Assembly: GCA_002633005.1 (NCBI GenBank)
Contig: NMRA01000006.1
Location: 940,730 to 1,004,729 of the forward strand
Length of the DNA stretch: 64,000 nt
Direction: 5' to 3'
Origin: Phoronis australis
Taxonomy: Eukaryota; Animalia; Phoronida
A program made the position numbers and the translations under genes. Shown one piece after another: positions 52,401 through 64,000 of this stretch. The notes beneath the pieces are model-generated. The model saw only the letters and a list, made by a program, of their open reading frames with translations, had not been told where the DNA came from and ran no database searches. Numbering within the stretch: position 1 is the first letter of the stretch; each line of letters starts with the position of its first letter.

Positions 52401-55400
52401 TGATTAATGGATGAGACCCCTACCGAACATTAGAGTATCCCGACGAGAATATATGCTGTCAAGGTCTACGCCCGGACGACGGCATTTCACATTGCCCAGC
52501 TCAAGACTGAGGACCTCCTTGATACTGATGAAAGGATGACACTCGTGAGTTATAGATGAGGCTCCCACAAACTTGCTGAATAAAGGTTCGTAGCCAAGTA
52601 ATGCGAACGTATTACAGTAATTCGAGCGTATTACAGTTTTTAAATATTTTACAGATATTATCTCTGTAGGTACCAGTTATAAGTAACAGTGTAAATATTA
52701 TTACAGGCTTGGCAACGCCTAAGTTAAGGTAATGCGAGCGTATTACAGTCTTGGAATATTTTACAGACATTATCTCTGTAGGTAACAGTTATAAATAACA
52801 GTGTAAATGTTCTTACAGGCTTTGCAGCGCCTAAGTTAAGTTATGATTGGTAACACCAAATTGTTGAGAAAATTTAGCAAGCAATCATTCGTCTGTTTTC
52901 GATGTCAAGGCTCAAAAATGTTACCGAAGATAAAATTTGTTCTTGGAAATAATTATCAGAATTGACTTTTATTTTCTATATAAGTAGCAATGCATTCCAC
53001 ATGATTATCTGTAACACACACTTGCAGTCATCTCTGAGGCATGTGCACAAACGCAAGTTAGGTTGAAAATCATCGAAATAAGCTATTCTTAAATAGTTTA
53101 AACTATTCATTACAATTGTCTGCAATGGTATCTTTGTTGTGTGTGAACTTTAGACTTCTGCTTAATTTCAATATCGCGCATGCGTGAACATAGGATTAAA
53201 TGTTCATTTAAGTAATAAGGCGAAAGTTTTTATTCTTGGTAAATAATTTTTCTTATTTTTCTTATACTATTATCGCCCAATTTCCGGAACCTGTGTATCA
53301 GAATCGTAGGAATAAGTAAATGGTTAATAAGGTTTTGTTTGGAAAGATCCCCAATAGCTAAAAAACTATATAGTTGTCTAAAGTTCACATTTTTATAAAC
53401 ATGTGATTTGCTTTAGTACAATGAAAGTTTTTCAAAGTGAACGAGCCATTTTTGGAGTGAAAATTCCTAAATATTACAAGTTGATGCAAATGCGATCTTG
53501 AGATTAAGAATTCCAGCTATATTATCGCCCATTTCCCGGAACCTGTGTCACAGAATCGGAGGAATATGTGAATCGTTAATAAACTATTGTTTTGAAAAAT
53601 CCCAATAGCTTAAAATCAATATAGTTGTCTAAAGTTCACATTTTTATAAACATGTGATTCGCTTTAGTATAGTGCAACTTTTTAAATGTGAACGTGCAAT
53701 TATTGGGGTGAAGTCACCTAACTGCTACAAGTTGACGCAAATAGGATCTTGAGATTAAGGATTCCAGCTTAAGCACGTGACGACTTGCAAGTGCACACAG
53801 TAGTTGAACTATCATTCGACAAAAGATTTGCGTTATTGTCAAGTCGACCGTTCCACGGCGGTTCCGTGGGACGACGCGATGTTAGCACAGAAATCCTATT
53901 CGTAAAACCCAATTCTGAGATGAACACAATATCTTTAACCAAATGCTGGATTGTGAATCCCTTTCCGTGTTTGTTGTCTCCAATGGGGATAAAAATAGAA
54001 GGTTTCGATCACTAGCAAGAGGGTTGCTAGCCCTACCAGCAGGCCCCAAGTGAATGCTGGTAAAACATTTCCGAATCAGTTGATGGATTTTCTTATTTAT
54101 TTTGAAAATGGCACCAGTTTTCAAAAAAAAAACAAACAGAACAGAGCCAGATATTCGTTTTTCATCACGATGCGCATTGCTTTTATCATGATATTCGATC
54201 AGCAAGTTTGTGTTAACACTGTTTTTGAAATATTCATTGCCGAATGAACCTATGTTTCTGTCAAAGGGAACATGCACAGATTCGATAACTTCAGGCAAGA
54301 GATGTGGTATACATTGTGCCCCGTATGGCACCAAACATCGAGCGCTAGAGTATCTCGAGAAGATTATATGCTGTCAAAGTCTACGCCCGGACGACGGCAT
54401 TTCGCATTGCCCTGCTCAGGACTGAGGACTTGCATACGTTTATACTGAAGAAAGAATATCACCCGTGATTTATGGATGAAACCCCTACCGAGCATGAAAG
54501 TATCCCGACGAGAATATATGCTGTCAAGGTCTACGCCCGGACTACGGCATTTCGCCTTGCCATGCTCAAGACTAAGGACTTGCATACGTGTATACTGAAG
54601 AAAGAATAACACCCGTGATTTATGGATGAGACCCCTACCGAGCATGAAAATATCCCGACGAGAATATATGCTGTCAAGGTCTACGCCCGGACTACGGCAT
54701 TTCGCATTGCCCTGCTCAAGACTGAGGACCTGCTTGATACTGATGAAAGGATGACACTCGTGAGCTATAGATGAGTCTCCCACAATCTTGCTGAGTAAAG
54801 GTTCGTAGGAAAGTAATGCAAACGTATTACAGTAATTCGAGCGTATTTCAGTTTTGAAATATTTTACAGATATTATCTCTGTAGGTAACAGCTATAAGTA
54901 ACAGTGTAAATGTTCTTACAGGCTTTGCAGCGCCTAAGCTAAGTTATGATTGGTAACACCAAATTGCTGAGAAAATTTAGCAGGCAATCATTCGTGTGTT
55001 TTCGATGTCGAGGCTCAAAAATGTTACCGAAGATAAAAATTTTTCTTGGAAATAAATATCAGGATTGACTTTTATTTTCTATATAAATAGCAATGCATTC
55101 CACATGATTATCTGTAACACACACTTGCAGCGATCTCTGAGGCATGTGCACAAACGCAAGTTAGGTTGAAAATCATCGAAATAAGCTATTCTTAAATAGT
55201 TTAAACTATTCATTACAATTGTCTGTAATGGTATCTTTGTTGTGTGTGAACTTTAGACTTCTGGTTAATTTCAATATCGCGCATGCGTGAACATAGGATT
55301 AAATGTTTATTTAAGTAATAAGGCGAAAGTTTTTATTCTTGGTAAATAATTTTTCTTATGTTTATACTATTATCGTCCAATTTCCGGAGCCTGTGTCTCA

Positions 55401-58400
55401 GAATCGTAGGAATATGTAAATGGTTAATAAACTTTTGTTTAGAAAGATCCCCAATAGCTAAAAAACTCTATAGTTGTCTAAAGTTCACATTTTTATAAAC
55501 ATGTGATTTGCTTTAGTACAATGAAAGTTTTTCAACGTGAACGAGCCATTTTTGGAGTGAAAATTCCTAAATGTTACAAGTTGATGCAAATGCGATCTTT
55601 AGATTAAGAATTCCAGCTATATTATCGCCCATTTTTCGGAACCTGTGTCACAGAATCGGAGGAATATGTGAATCGTTAATAAACTATTGTTTTGAAAAAT
55701 CCCAATAGCTTAAAATCAATATAGTTGTCTAAAGTTCACATTTTTATAACCATGTGATTGGCTTTAGTATAGTGCAACTTTTTAAAGGTGAACGTGCCAT
55801 TATTGGGGTGAAGTCACCTAACTGCTACAAGTTGACGCAAATAGGATCTTGAGATTAAGAATTCCAGCTTAAGTACGTGACGACTTTCAAGTGCACACAG
55901 TAGTTGAACTATCATTCGACAAAAGATTTGCGTTATTGTCAAGTCGACCGTTCCACGGCGGTCCCGTGGGACGACGCGATGTTAGCACAGAAATCCTATT
56001 CGTAAAACCCAATTCTGAGATGAACACAATATCTTTAGCCAACTGCTGGATTGTGAATCCCTTTCCGTGTTTGTTGTCTCCAATGGGGATAAAAAGAGAA
56101 GGTTTCCATCACTAGCAAGAGGGTTGCTAGCCCTACCTGCAGGTCCCAAGTGAATGCTGGTAAAAACATTTCAGTTGATGGATTTTCTTATTTATTTTGA
56201 AAATGGCACCAATTTGCATACGTTTATGCTGAATAAAGAATAACACCCGTGATTTATGGATTAGACCCCTACCGAGCATGAAAGTATCCCGACGAGAATA
56301 TATGCTGTCAAGGTCTACGCTCGGACCACGGCATTTCGCATTGCCCTGCTCAACACTGAGGACTTGCATACGTTTATACTGAAGAAAGAATAACACCCGT
56401 GATTTATGGATGAGACTCCTACCGAGCATGAAAGTATCCCGTCGAGAATATATGCTGTCAAGGTCTACGCCCGGACTACGGCCTTTCGCATTGCCCTGCT
56501 CAAGACTGAGGAGTTGCATACGTTTATACTGAAGAAAGTATATCACCCGTGATTTATGGATGAGACCCCTACCGAGCATGAGAGTATCCCGACGAGAATA
56601 TATGCTGTCAAGGTCTACGCCCGGACGACGGCATTTCACCTTGCCCAAATCGAGACTGAAGACCTGCTTGATACTGATGAAAGGATGACACTCGTGAGTT
56701 ATAGATGAGGCTCCCACAAACTTGCTGAATAAAGGTTCGTAGCCAAGTAATGCAAACGTATTACAGTAATTCGAGCGTATTACAGTTTTGAAATATTTTA
56801 CAGATATTATCTCTGTAGGTAACAGTTATAAGTAACAGTGTAAATGTTATTACAGGCTTGGCAACGCCTAAGTTAAGGTATTGCGAGCGTATTACAGTTC
56901 TGGGATATTTTACAGATATTATCTCTGTAGGTAACAGTTATAAGTAACAGTGTAAATGTTCTTACAGGCTTCTCCTAAGTTAGGTATGATTGGTAACACG
57001 GACTGAGAAAATTTAGCAGGCAATCATGCGTCCGTTTGCTTTGTCGAGGCTCAAAACCTGTTACCCAAGACAAGGTTTGTTCTTGGAAACAAATTTCAGG
57101 ATTGACTTTTATTTTCTATATAAGTAGCAATGCATTCCACATCATTATCTGTAACACACACTTGCAGCCATCTCTGAGACATGTGCACAAACGCAAGTTA
57201 GGTTAAACATCATAGAAATAAGCTATTCTTAAATACTTTAAACTATTCACTACACTTCTCTACAATGCTGTGTGTGAACTTGGAGTTCTGCATAATTTCA
57301 ATATGACGTATGAGTGAACATAGGATTATACGTTCATTTAAGTAATAAAGCGAAAGTTTTTGCTCTTGGTGAATAATTTTTCTTATGTTTGTACTATTAT
57401 CGCCCATTTTTCTGAACCTTTGTCTCAGAGTCGTTGGAATATGTAAATGGTTAATAAACTATTGTTTGAAAAGATCCCCAACAGCTGAAAAACAGTACAG
57501 TTGTCTAAAGTTCACATTTTTATAAACATGTGATTTGCTTTAGTACAGTGCAACATTTTAAAAGTGAACGTGCCATTATTGGAGTGAAGTTACCTAACTG
57601 TTACAAATTGACGCAAAAAGGATCTTGAAATTAAGAATTCCAGCTTAAGCACGTGACGACTTGCAAGTGCACACAGTAGTTGAACTATCATTCGACAAAA
57701 GATTTACGTTATTGTCAAGTCGACCGTTCCATGGCGGTCTCGTGGGGCGACGCGATGTTAGCACAGAAATCCTATTCGTAAAACCCAATTCTGAGATGAA
57801 AAGAATATCTTTAGCCAAATGCTGAATTGTGAAGCCCTTTCCGTGTTTGTTGTCTCCAATGGGGATAAAAAGAGAAGGTTTCGATCACAAGTACGAGGAT
57901 TGCTTGCACTGCCCGCAGGCAATAAGTGAGTGCTGGTAAAAAATATTCCCGAATGAGTTGATGGATTTTCTTATTTATTTTGAAATTGGCACCAATTTTC
58001 AAAAACAAAGAGAACAGAGCCAGCTAATCGTTTTTCATCACGATGCACGTTGCTTTTATCATGATATTCGATAAGCAAGTTTATTTTAACACTATTTTTT
58101 GAAAAATTCAAAACCATTTTTGTGATTCCACTTAACACCCAAAGAAGCATACCGTTTTGGTGCACTCGTGGCTACGATTCAACGCTTTGCGTTGCTCTTG
58201 TTATCATACTCGGATATTTTGCAATTGCATAATTTACACGTGCATTCAATCCACAGTCTACATATCTTCCAATCCGTGCGTGTAGAGCACATGTATGGAG
58301 TAGAATGCTAATAGACCAGTGCAACACGAAACATAACGAGCCATATGCATGAAGTCTTTAGAGGTTCATTGCACTCCATTATACTTTTATTCTAGGAACG

Positions 58401-61400
58401 TTACCAGGTGTATATCAACTAAACCGACTGAATCTATGTTTCTGTCATAGTTAGCAGGCAAAGATTCGATGACTTCAGGCAAGAGATAGCGCATACATTG
58501 GCCCCAGCGTGGCAACAAACATCGAGCGCGAGAGTATCCCGAGGAGAATATACGCTATCAAAGTCTACGCCCGGACGACGGCATTTCGCATTGTCCACCT
58601 CGAGACGATTTGCATACGTTTATACTGAAGAAAGAATAACACGCGTGAGTTATGGATGAGACCCACACACACTTGCTTAATAAAGGTTAGAGAAGTAATA
58701 CGCGCGTATTACAGTAATACGTGCCGCCTATACTTTTTTCATCACGATTCGCGTTGCTCTCATCATGATATTCGATAAGCCGCTATTTTTTGAAATATCA
58801 GCTGCCATTTTTGTGATTCCACTTAACACCCCAAGAAGCATACCGTTGTGGTGCACTCGTAGCTGCCATTCAACGCTTTGCGTTGCTCTTGTTATCGTAC
58901 TCGGATATTTTGCAATTGCATAATTTACACGTGCATTCCATCCACAGTCAACATATCTTCCAATCCGTGCGTGTAGAGCACACGTATGGAGTAGACTGCT
59001 AATAGACAAGTGCAACACGAAACATAACGAGGCATCTGTATGAAGTCTTCAGGGGTTCATTGCACTCCATTATACATTTATTCTAGGAACGTTACCAGGT
59101 GTATATCAACTAAACCGACTGGTCCTATGCTTCTGTCAACGGGAGCATGTAATGATTCGAAGACTTCAGGCAAGAGATGTGGCGTACATTGTGTCCCGCA
59201 TGGCAACAAACATCGAGCGCGAGAGTATCTCGAGAAGTATATTTGCTGTCAAAGTCTACGCCCGGACGACGGCATTTCGAATTGCCCTTCTCAAGACTGA
59301 GGACTTGCATACGTTTATAGTGAAGAAAGAATAACACCCGTGATTTATGGATGAGACCCCTACCGAGCATGAAAGTATCCCGACGAGAATATATGCTGTC
59401 AGGGTCTACGCCCGGACTACGGCATTTCGCATTGCCCTGCTCAAGACTGAGGACTTGCATACGCTTATACTGAAGAAAGAATACCACCCGTGATTTATGG
59501 ATGAGACCCCTACCGAGCATGAGAGTATCCCGACGAGAATATATGCTGTCAAGGTCTACGCCCGGACGACGGCATTTCACCTTGCCCAACTCGAAACTGA
59601 GGACCTGCTTGATACTGATGAAAGGATGACACTCGTGAGTTATAGATGAGGCTCCCACAAACTTGCTGAATAAAGGTTCGTAGCCAAGTAATGCAAACGT
59701 ATTACAGTAATTCGAGCGTATTACAGTTTTGAAATATTTTACAGATATTATCTCTGTAGGTAACAGTTATAAGTAACTGTGTAAATGTTATTACAGGCTT
59801 GGCAACGCCTAAGTTAAGGTAATGCGTGCGTATTACAGTTCTGGGATATTCTACAGATATTATCTCTGTAGGTAACAGTTATAAGTAACAATGTAAATGT
59901 TCTTACAGGCTTCTCCTAAGTTAGGTATGATTGGTAACACGGACTGAGAAAATTTAGCAGGCAATCATGCGTCCGTTTACTTTGTCGAGGCTCAAAACCT
60001 GTTACCCAAGACAAGGTTTGTTCTTGGAAACAAATTTCAGGATTGACTTTTATTTTCTATATAAGTAGCATTGCATTCCACATGGTTATTGGTAACACAC
60101 ACTTGCAGCCATCTCTGAGGCATGTGCACAAGCGCAAGTTAGGTTGAAAATCATTGAAAGTAGCTATTCTCAAGTAGTTTGAACTATTCATTGGCCTTCT
60201 CTAGAATGGTACCTTTGTTGTGTGTGAACTTGGAATTCTGCTTAATTTCAATATCGCGTATATGTGAACATAGAATTAAATGTTCATTCACGTAATCAGG
60301 CGGAAGGTTTTGCTCCTTGTAAATAATTTTTCTTATTTTTAGCCTATTATCGCCCCTTTCACGGAACCTGTGGTACAGAATCGGAGGAATATCAGAATGG
60401 TTAATAAACTATTGTTTTCAAAGATCCCCAGTCGCTGAAGTAACAATATAGTTGGCTAAAGTTTACATTTTTCATCATTATGTGTTTCGTTTAGTACAGT
60501 GCAATTTTTTCAAGGTGAACGTGCCGGTATTAGAGTGAAGTTTCCTAATTATTACAAGTAAAGGTGATCTTGAGAATATGAAGAATTCCAGCTTAGAACT
60601 ATCATTCGACAAAAGAGTTGCGTTATTGTGAAGTCGACCATTCCATGGCGGTCTCGTGGGATGACGCGTTGTTGGCTCTAAAATCCTATTCGTAAAACCA
60701 TTTTCTGAGTTGAACAAAATCTCTTTAACCATATGCTGGATTTTGAAGCAATTTCCGTGTTGGTTATGTCCAATGGGGATAAAAAGAGAACTTTTGGATC
60801 ACTAGCATGAGTGTTGCCAGCCCTGCCGGCAGGCCCCATGTGAATGCTGGTAAAAAATATTCTCAAATCTATCGATGGATTTTCTTTTTTTGAAAATGCC
60901 ACCAATTTTCAAGAAAAAAACAGAGCAGAGCCACTTATGCGCTTTTCATCACGATGCGCCATGCTTATGTCTTGATATTCGATGAGCATGTTTTTGTTAG
61001 CACTGTTTTTTGAAATATTCATTGCCATTTTTGTGATTCCACTTAACACCCCAAGAAGCATACCGTTGTGGTGCACTCGTGGCTGCGACTCAGCGCTCTG
61101 CGTTGCTCCTGTTCTCGTGCTCGGCATTTTTGCAATTGCGTAATTTACGCGTGCATTGAATCCGCAGTCTACATATCCGCCTATCCTCGCGTGTAGAGCA
61201 TACGTATGGAGTGGACGGTCCATAGACAAGTGCAACACGAAACATAACGAGGCATCTGTATGAAGTCTTTAGAGATTCATTGCACTCCATTAAACATTTA
61301 TTCTAGGAATGTTACCAGGTGTATATCAACTAAACCGACTGAAACTATGTTTCTGTCAAAGGGAGAATGCACTGATTCGATGACTTTTGGCCCAAGATAT

Positions 61401-61705
61401 GGTATACATTGTGCTCCGCGTGGCAACAAATATCGAGCGCGAGAGTATACCGCGGAGAATATATGCTGTCAAGGTCTACGCCCGGACGACGGCATTTCGC
61501 ATTGCCCAGCTCGAGACTGGGGACCTGCATACGTTTATACTGATGAAAGAATGACATCTGTGAGTTATAGATGAGGCCCCACACACTTGCTGAATAAAGG
61601 TCAGCCAAGTAATGGGAGCGTATCACAATAATACGAGCGTATTACAGTTTTGTAATATCTTACAGATTACCTAGCAGTTAAAGTAACTGTGTAAATGTTC
61701 CTTGC
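46495..61705. repeat. 15-kb higher-order tandem array (macro-units about 2.0-3.3 kb with nested ~690, ~240, 150 and ~120-bp subrepeats)
   Basis: Marker CCTAAGTTAAGTTATGATTGGTAACAC (with variants) at ~47223, 50463, 52830, 54933, 56974 and 59915. Exact 150-bp period at 52141/52291/52441. Confidence 0.95.
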
Positions 61706-62856
61706 ATTTTTACTCAATGAGTGAGATTTAAAAATATTCTCGGAAATCGATGTGTTAGAATACTAAATTTCTGACTTTAGTCTTTTAAAAATCGCATAAC
61801 TCCTCTCCCCTACAGAAAGCTCCGCCTTCACTGATTAAATCACTTTTATAATCGTGACCGCTCCGACTACACGAAAGTTATGGTTTCGATAGGAAGTTGG
61901 TGCGGAACACGACTTCGAGTTCAGCCATGAGTTAATCCTGGGGACACGAGTTATCACCATAAATGCCACTGAACAATCATCGGGATAACAATCACTGTCC
62001 ATCGATAACGTAGAATTTAAATACCAAGTTGTTCACCTCAACAAAATCTCAAAACAGACAATTTAATTCTCATTGAACTCGTGTTTTTGTTGCTGCAGAA
62101 TGTGGCAGTACCATAAGGTTTAGATGGCGTGCACAAGAAAATCACAGAGGCAAGATAATAATTAGTTGGAGAACGTGCTTGGTTCCCAGATTTATCAAAT
62201 ATGAAACTAATAGAAAAGCATCTTGAGACCCACCATGATAAATTGAGTGTGGTATTGAACATTTGGGACGCTTTGCATTCGGTCACTTTAAGATGGACAA
62301 TCTTCCTCCTTTAACTTTTGCTTTAGATCACATATTGTTGTGAAATTAGCCTCACATCGGATATGTTTTTCAGAGCTTCCACAAAAACTGGCAGTGAGTG
62401 AGTTCGTTATTGCGTGAGACCAAGCTATACACTAGTATGATTTCAAGTAATAACGAAATGTCAGTTCTTTGAAACCCAGAAACCCCCACCGTCATCCCAG
62501 CAAGGAACAAGTGAGGCTCAATCTTATAACACCGAGTGATCTAAGTCATAGTACACTATAATATATGGTGCCGGGAAATACACAACTACAAGCAAGCATT
62601 TGACTTCACAGACACTCCTATTTCAGTGAAACCTCTCGATTGATGACACCCTTTATGGGCTTTAGAGTGATAACCCATGAACAATATATTTGCTGGCTTA
62701 AGTAGTTCATTACATATGGACGTAATGAGCACAACGATTATGTTTGATTTGTACACTGACTTGATTTGTATCACGACCCCATGTAAATTTTTAATCTAGT
62801 CCTAGTTATAAAAATGATACATCGCCGGGTCTTTCCCAGCCGTTTTTCATATTCAG

Positions 62857-62915
62857 ATCGCGGTCTTTTAGGGATGTCTCGACTCTGGACAAACACAGAT
62901 TCTGTACGTGCCAAA
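62857..62915 (+). CDS. Candidate exon (RGLLGMSRLWTNTDSVRAK)
   Basis: Acceptor TTTTTCATATTCAG, phase 1 to 0, donor AAA|GTAAGA; in phase with 63081. Confidence 0.4.
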
Positions 62916-63080
62916 GTAAGAAAAAAATCAAGTTTACTAGAAAGCCTTGGGTTGATGATGAGTGTGTTTATGCTGGTGAAACGGATTCTTAGTGAATAAT
63001 TAAACTTTTATAAATAGGTACGCCTACATTGGAAGACATCCATATGACGTCAGCTGTGCAGTGACGTCATTATTTCATAG

Positions 63081-63410
63081 GCGAGATCAGGCCGGCTGGG
63101 GCTCGACCAACGGAGTCCAAACGTTGTCATGTCGGTGAAGGGGCTTGGGCACCACGAGGACCCGAACATCGCCTCTGCACTTGGTACTTCGACAGTGAAG
63201 AGTGCCGGGGAAAATGGGAAGACAGTTTTCCCACCTTTGAACTCAAACATCCAGTCTGAGTCGCCAAAAGTACAAAAAACACGCTCTTGGGTGAAACTCG
63301 ATCCGCGACTGAGTACGACACCGGAAATGCGTGTTTCAGTTGCAACGGGTAAACATGGAACAAAGAGAAAGAATTTGAACGTTGTCACGAATATGACGCG
63401 AGTCACTGAG
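63081..63410 (+). CDS. Candidate exon, 110 codons, unknown product
   Basis: Acceptor TTATTTCATAG, 330 nt open in phase 0-0 (ARSGRLG...GENGKTVFPP...TRVTE), donor GAG|GTAAAT. Confidence 0.5.
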
Positions 63411-64000
63411 GTAAATCTGCGAGCAAAAATAGGACTTAACGCATCAAAAGTAAATTACTTAACACCCCAAAGTCAGATCATTATTGGTATTGATTGATAC
63501 AGCCAGAAATGGTGCATTCATCACAAAAGACATAGTTGGGGTACTAGACAACGGGTAATTCTGTATATGATATAATTTCGCTCGCGAGCAGTTTGGCCGA
63601 GCAGTACGCAAAGCACCATCACCCGCGTTGATGACTTCCCGGCTTAAAACGGCATGGAACGTGAAAATAAGACAACAAACATCTCCTTGTTTGGTATGGC
63701 AAGACTTAGACGTAGCATGTTTCTCTTATATAGAAAATGTAACATTGGACCTATGACGTAAACAAAACAATGGCGTTTTCACGTAGCAGCCAGTCCGACT
63801 GTGGCAGCCTCATCCCCAAGCTTCAAGGTGGCGGTTACCGGAAAAGCCATCAAATGGCTAAACCAGTCAGGGCCATCTCGCGAGACCGGCATGAGGTCTA
63901 CACTGACCCGATCTCTTTGAGCGCATGCGCACCTATATATTATTAGGGGTACAAAATTTGAAAACTGCTGGGTATTCGGATGAAAGAGTTTTTAAATTGG

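Noticed and set aside
46495-61705. CRISPR array, or tandem RNA-gene/histone cluster
   Set aside because: Eukaryotic context with no unique spacers or cas genes. I recognise no 5S, snRNA, tRNA or histone sequence in the unit.
61960-62330. Decayed coding-like stretch (ERAWFPDLSNMKLIEKHLETHHDKLSVVLNIWDAL)
   Set aside because: Bounded by stops, with no recognisable family or splice support.

Overview
Metazoan (probably marine invertebrate) genomic DNA, AT-rich and intron-containing, with one assembly gap (37729-38368). Two recognisable host genes are convergent: RNF146/Iduna (RING+WWE E3 ligase, + strand, main exon 3224-4188) and an 8-exon AGPAT5 (- strand, 18831 to 9956, 367 aa, all splice phases consistent). 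Divergent from AGPAT5 I read a phase-consistent chain of small + strand exons (from about 19395/23345, possibly reaching 63410) for a protein I do not recognise. Its putative introns hold most of the mobile DNA: a hAT relic, a 5'-truncated LINE with TSD, three Kolobok-type elements (THAP transposase plus a P2X7-ballast-like second gene), a decayed near-complete DIRS element and MITEs. A 15-kb higher-order tandem array (46495-61705) carries 7 copies of the same 3' hairpin terminus as the Helentron-type (HINE/DINE-1-like) element at 6276-7364, which itself carries phased CTCF-consensus motifs. All family assignments come from motifs read by eye, not database searches.
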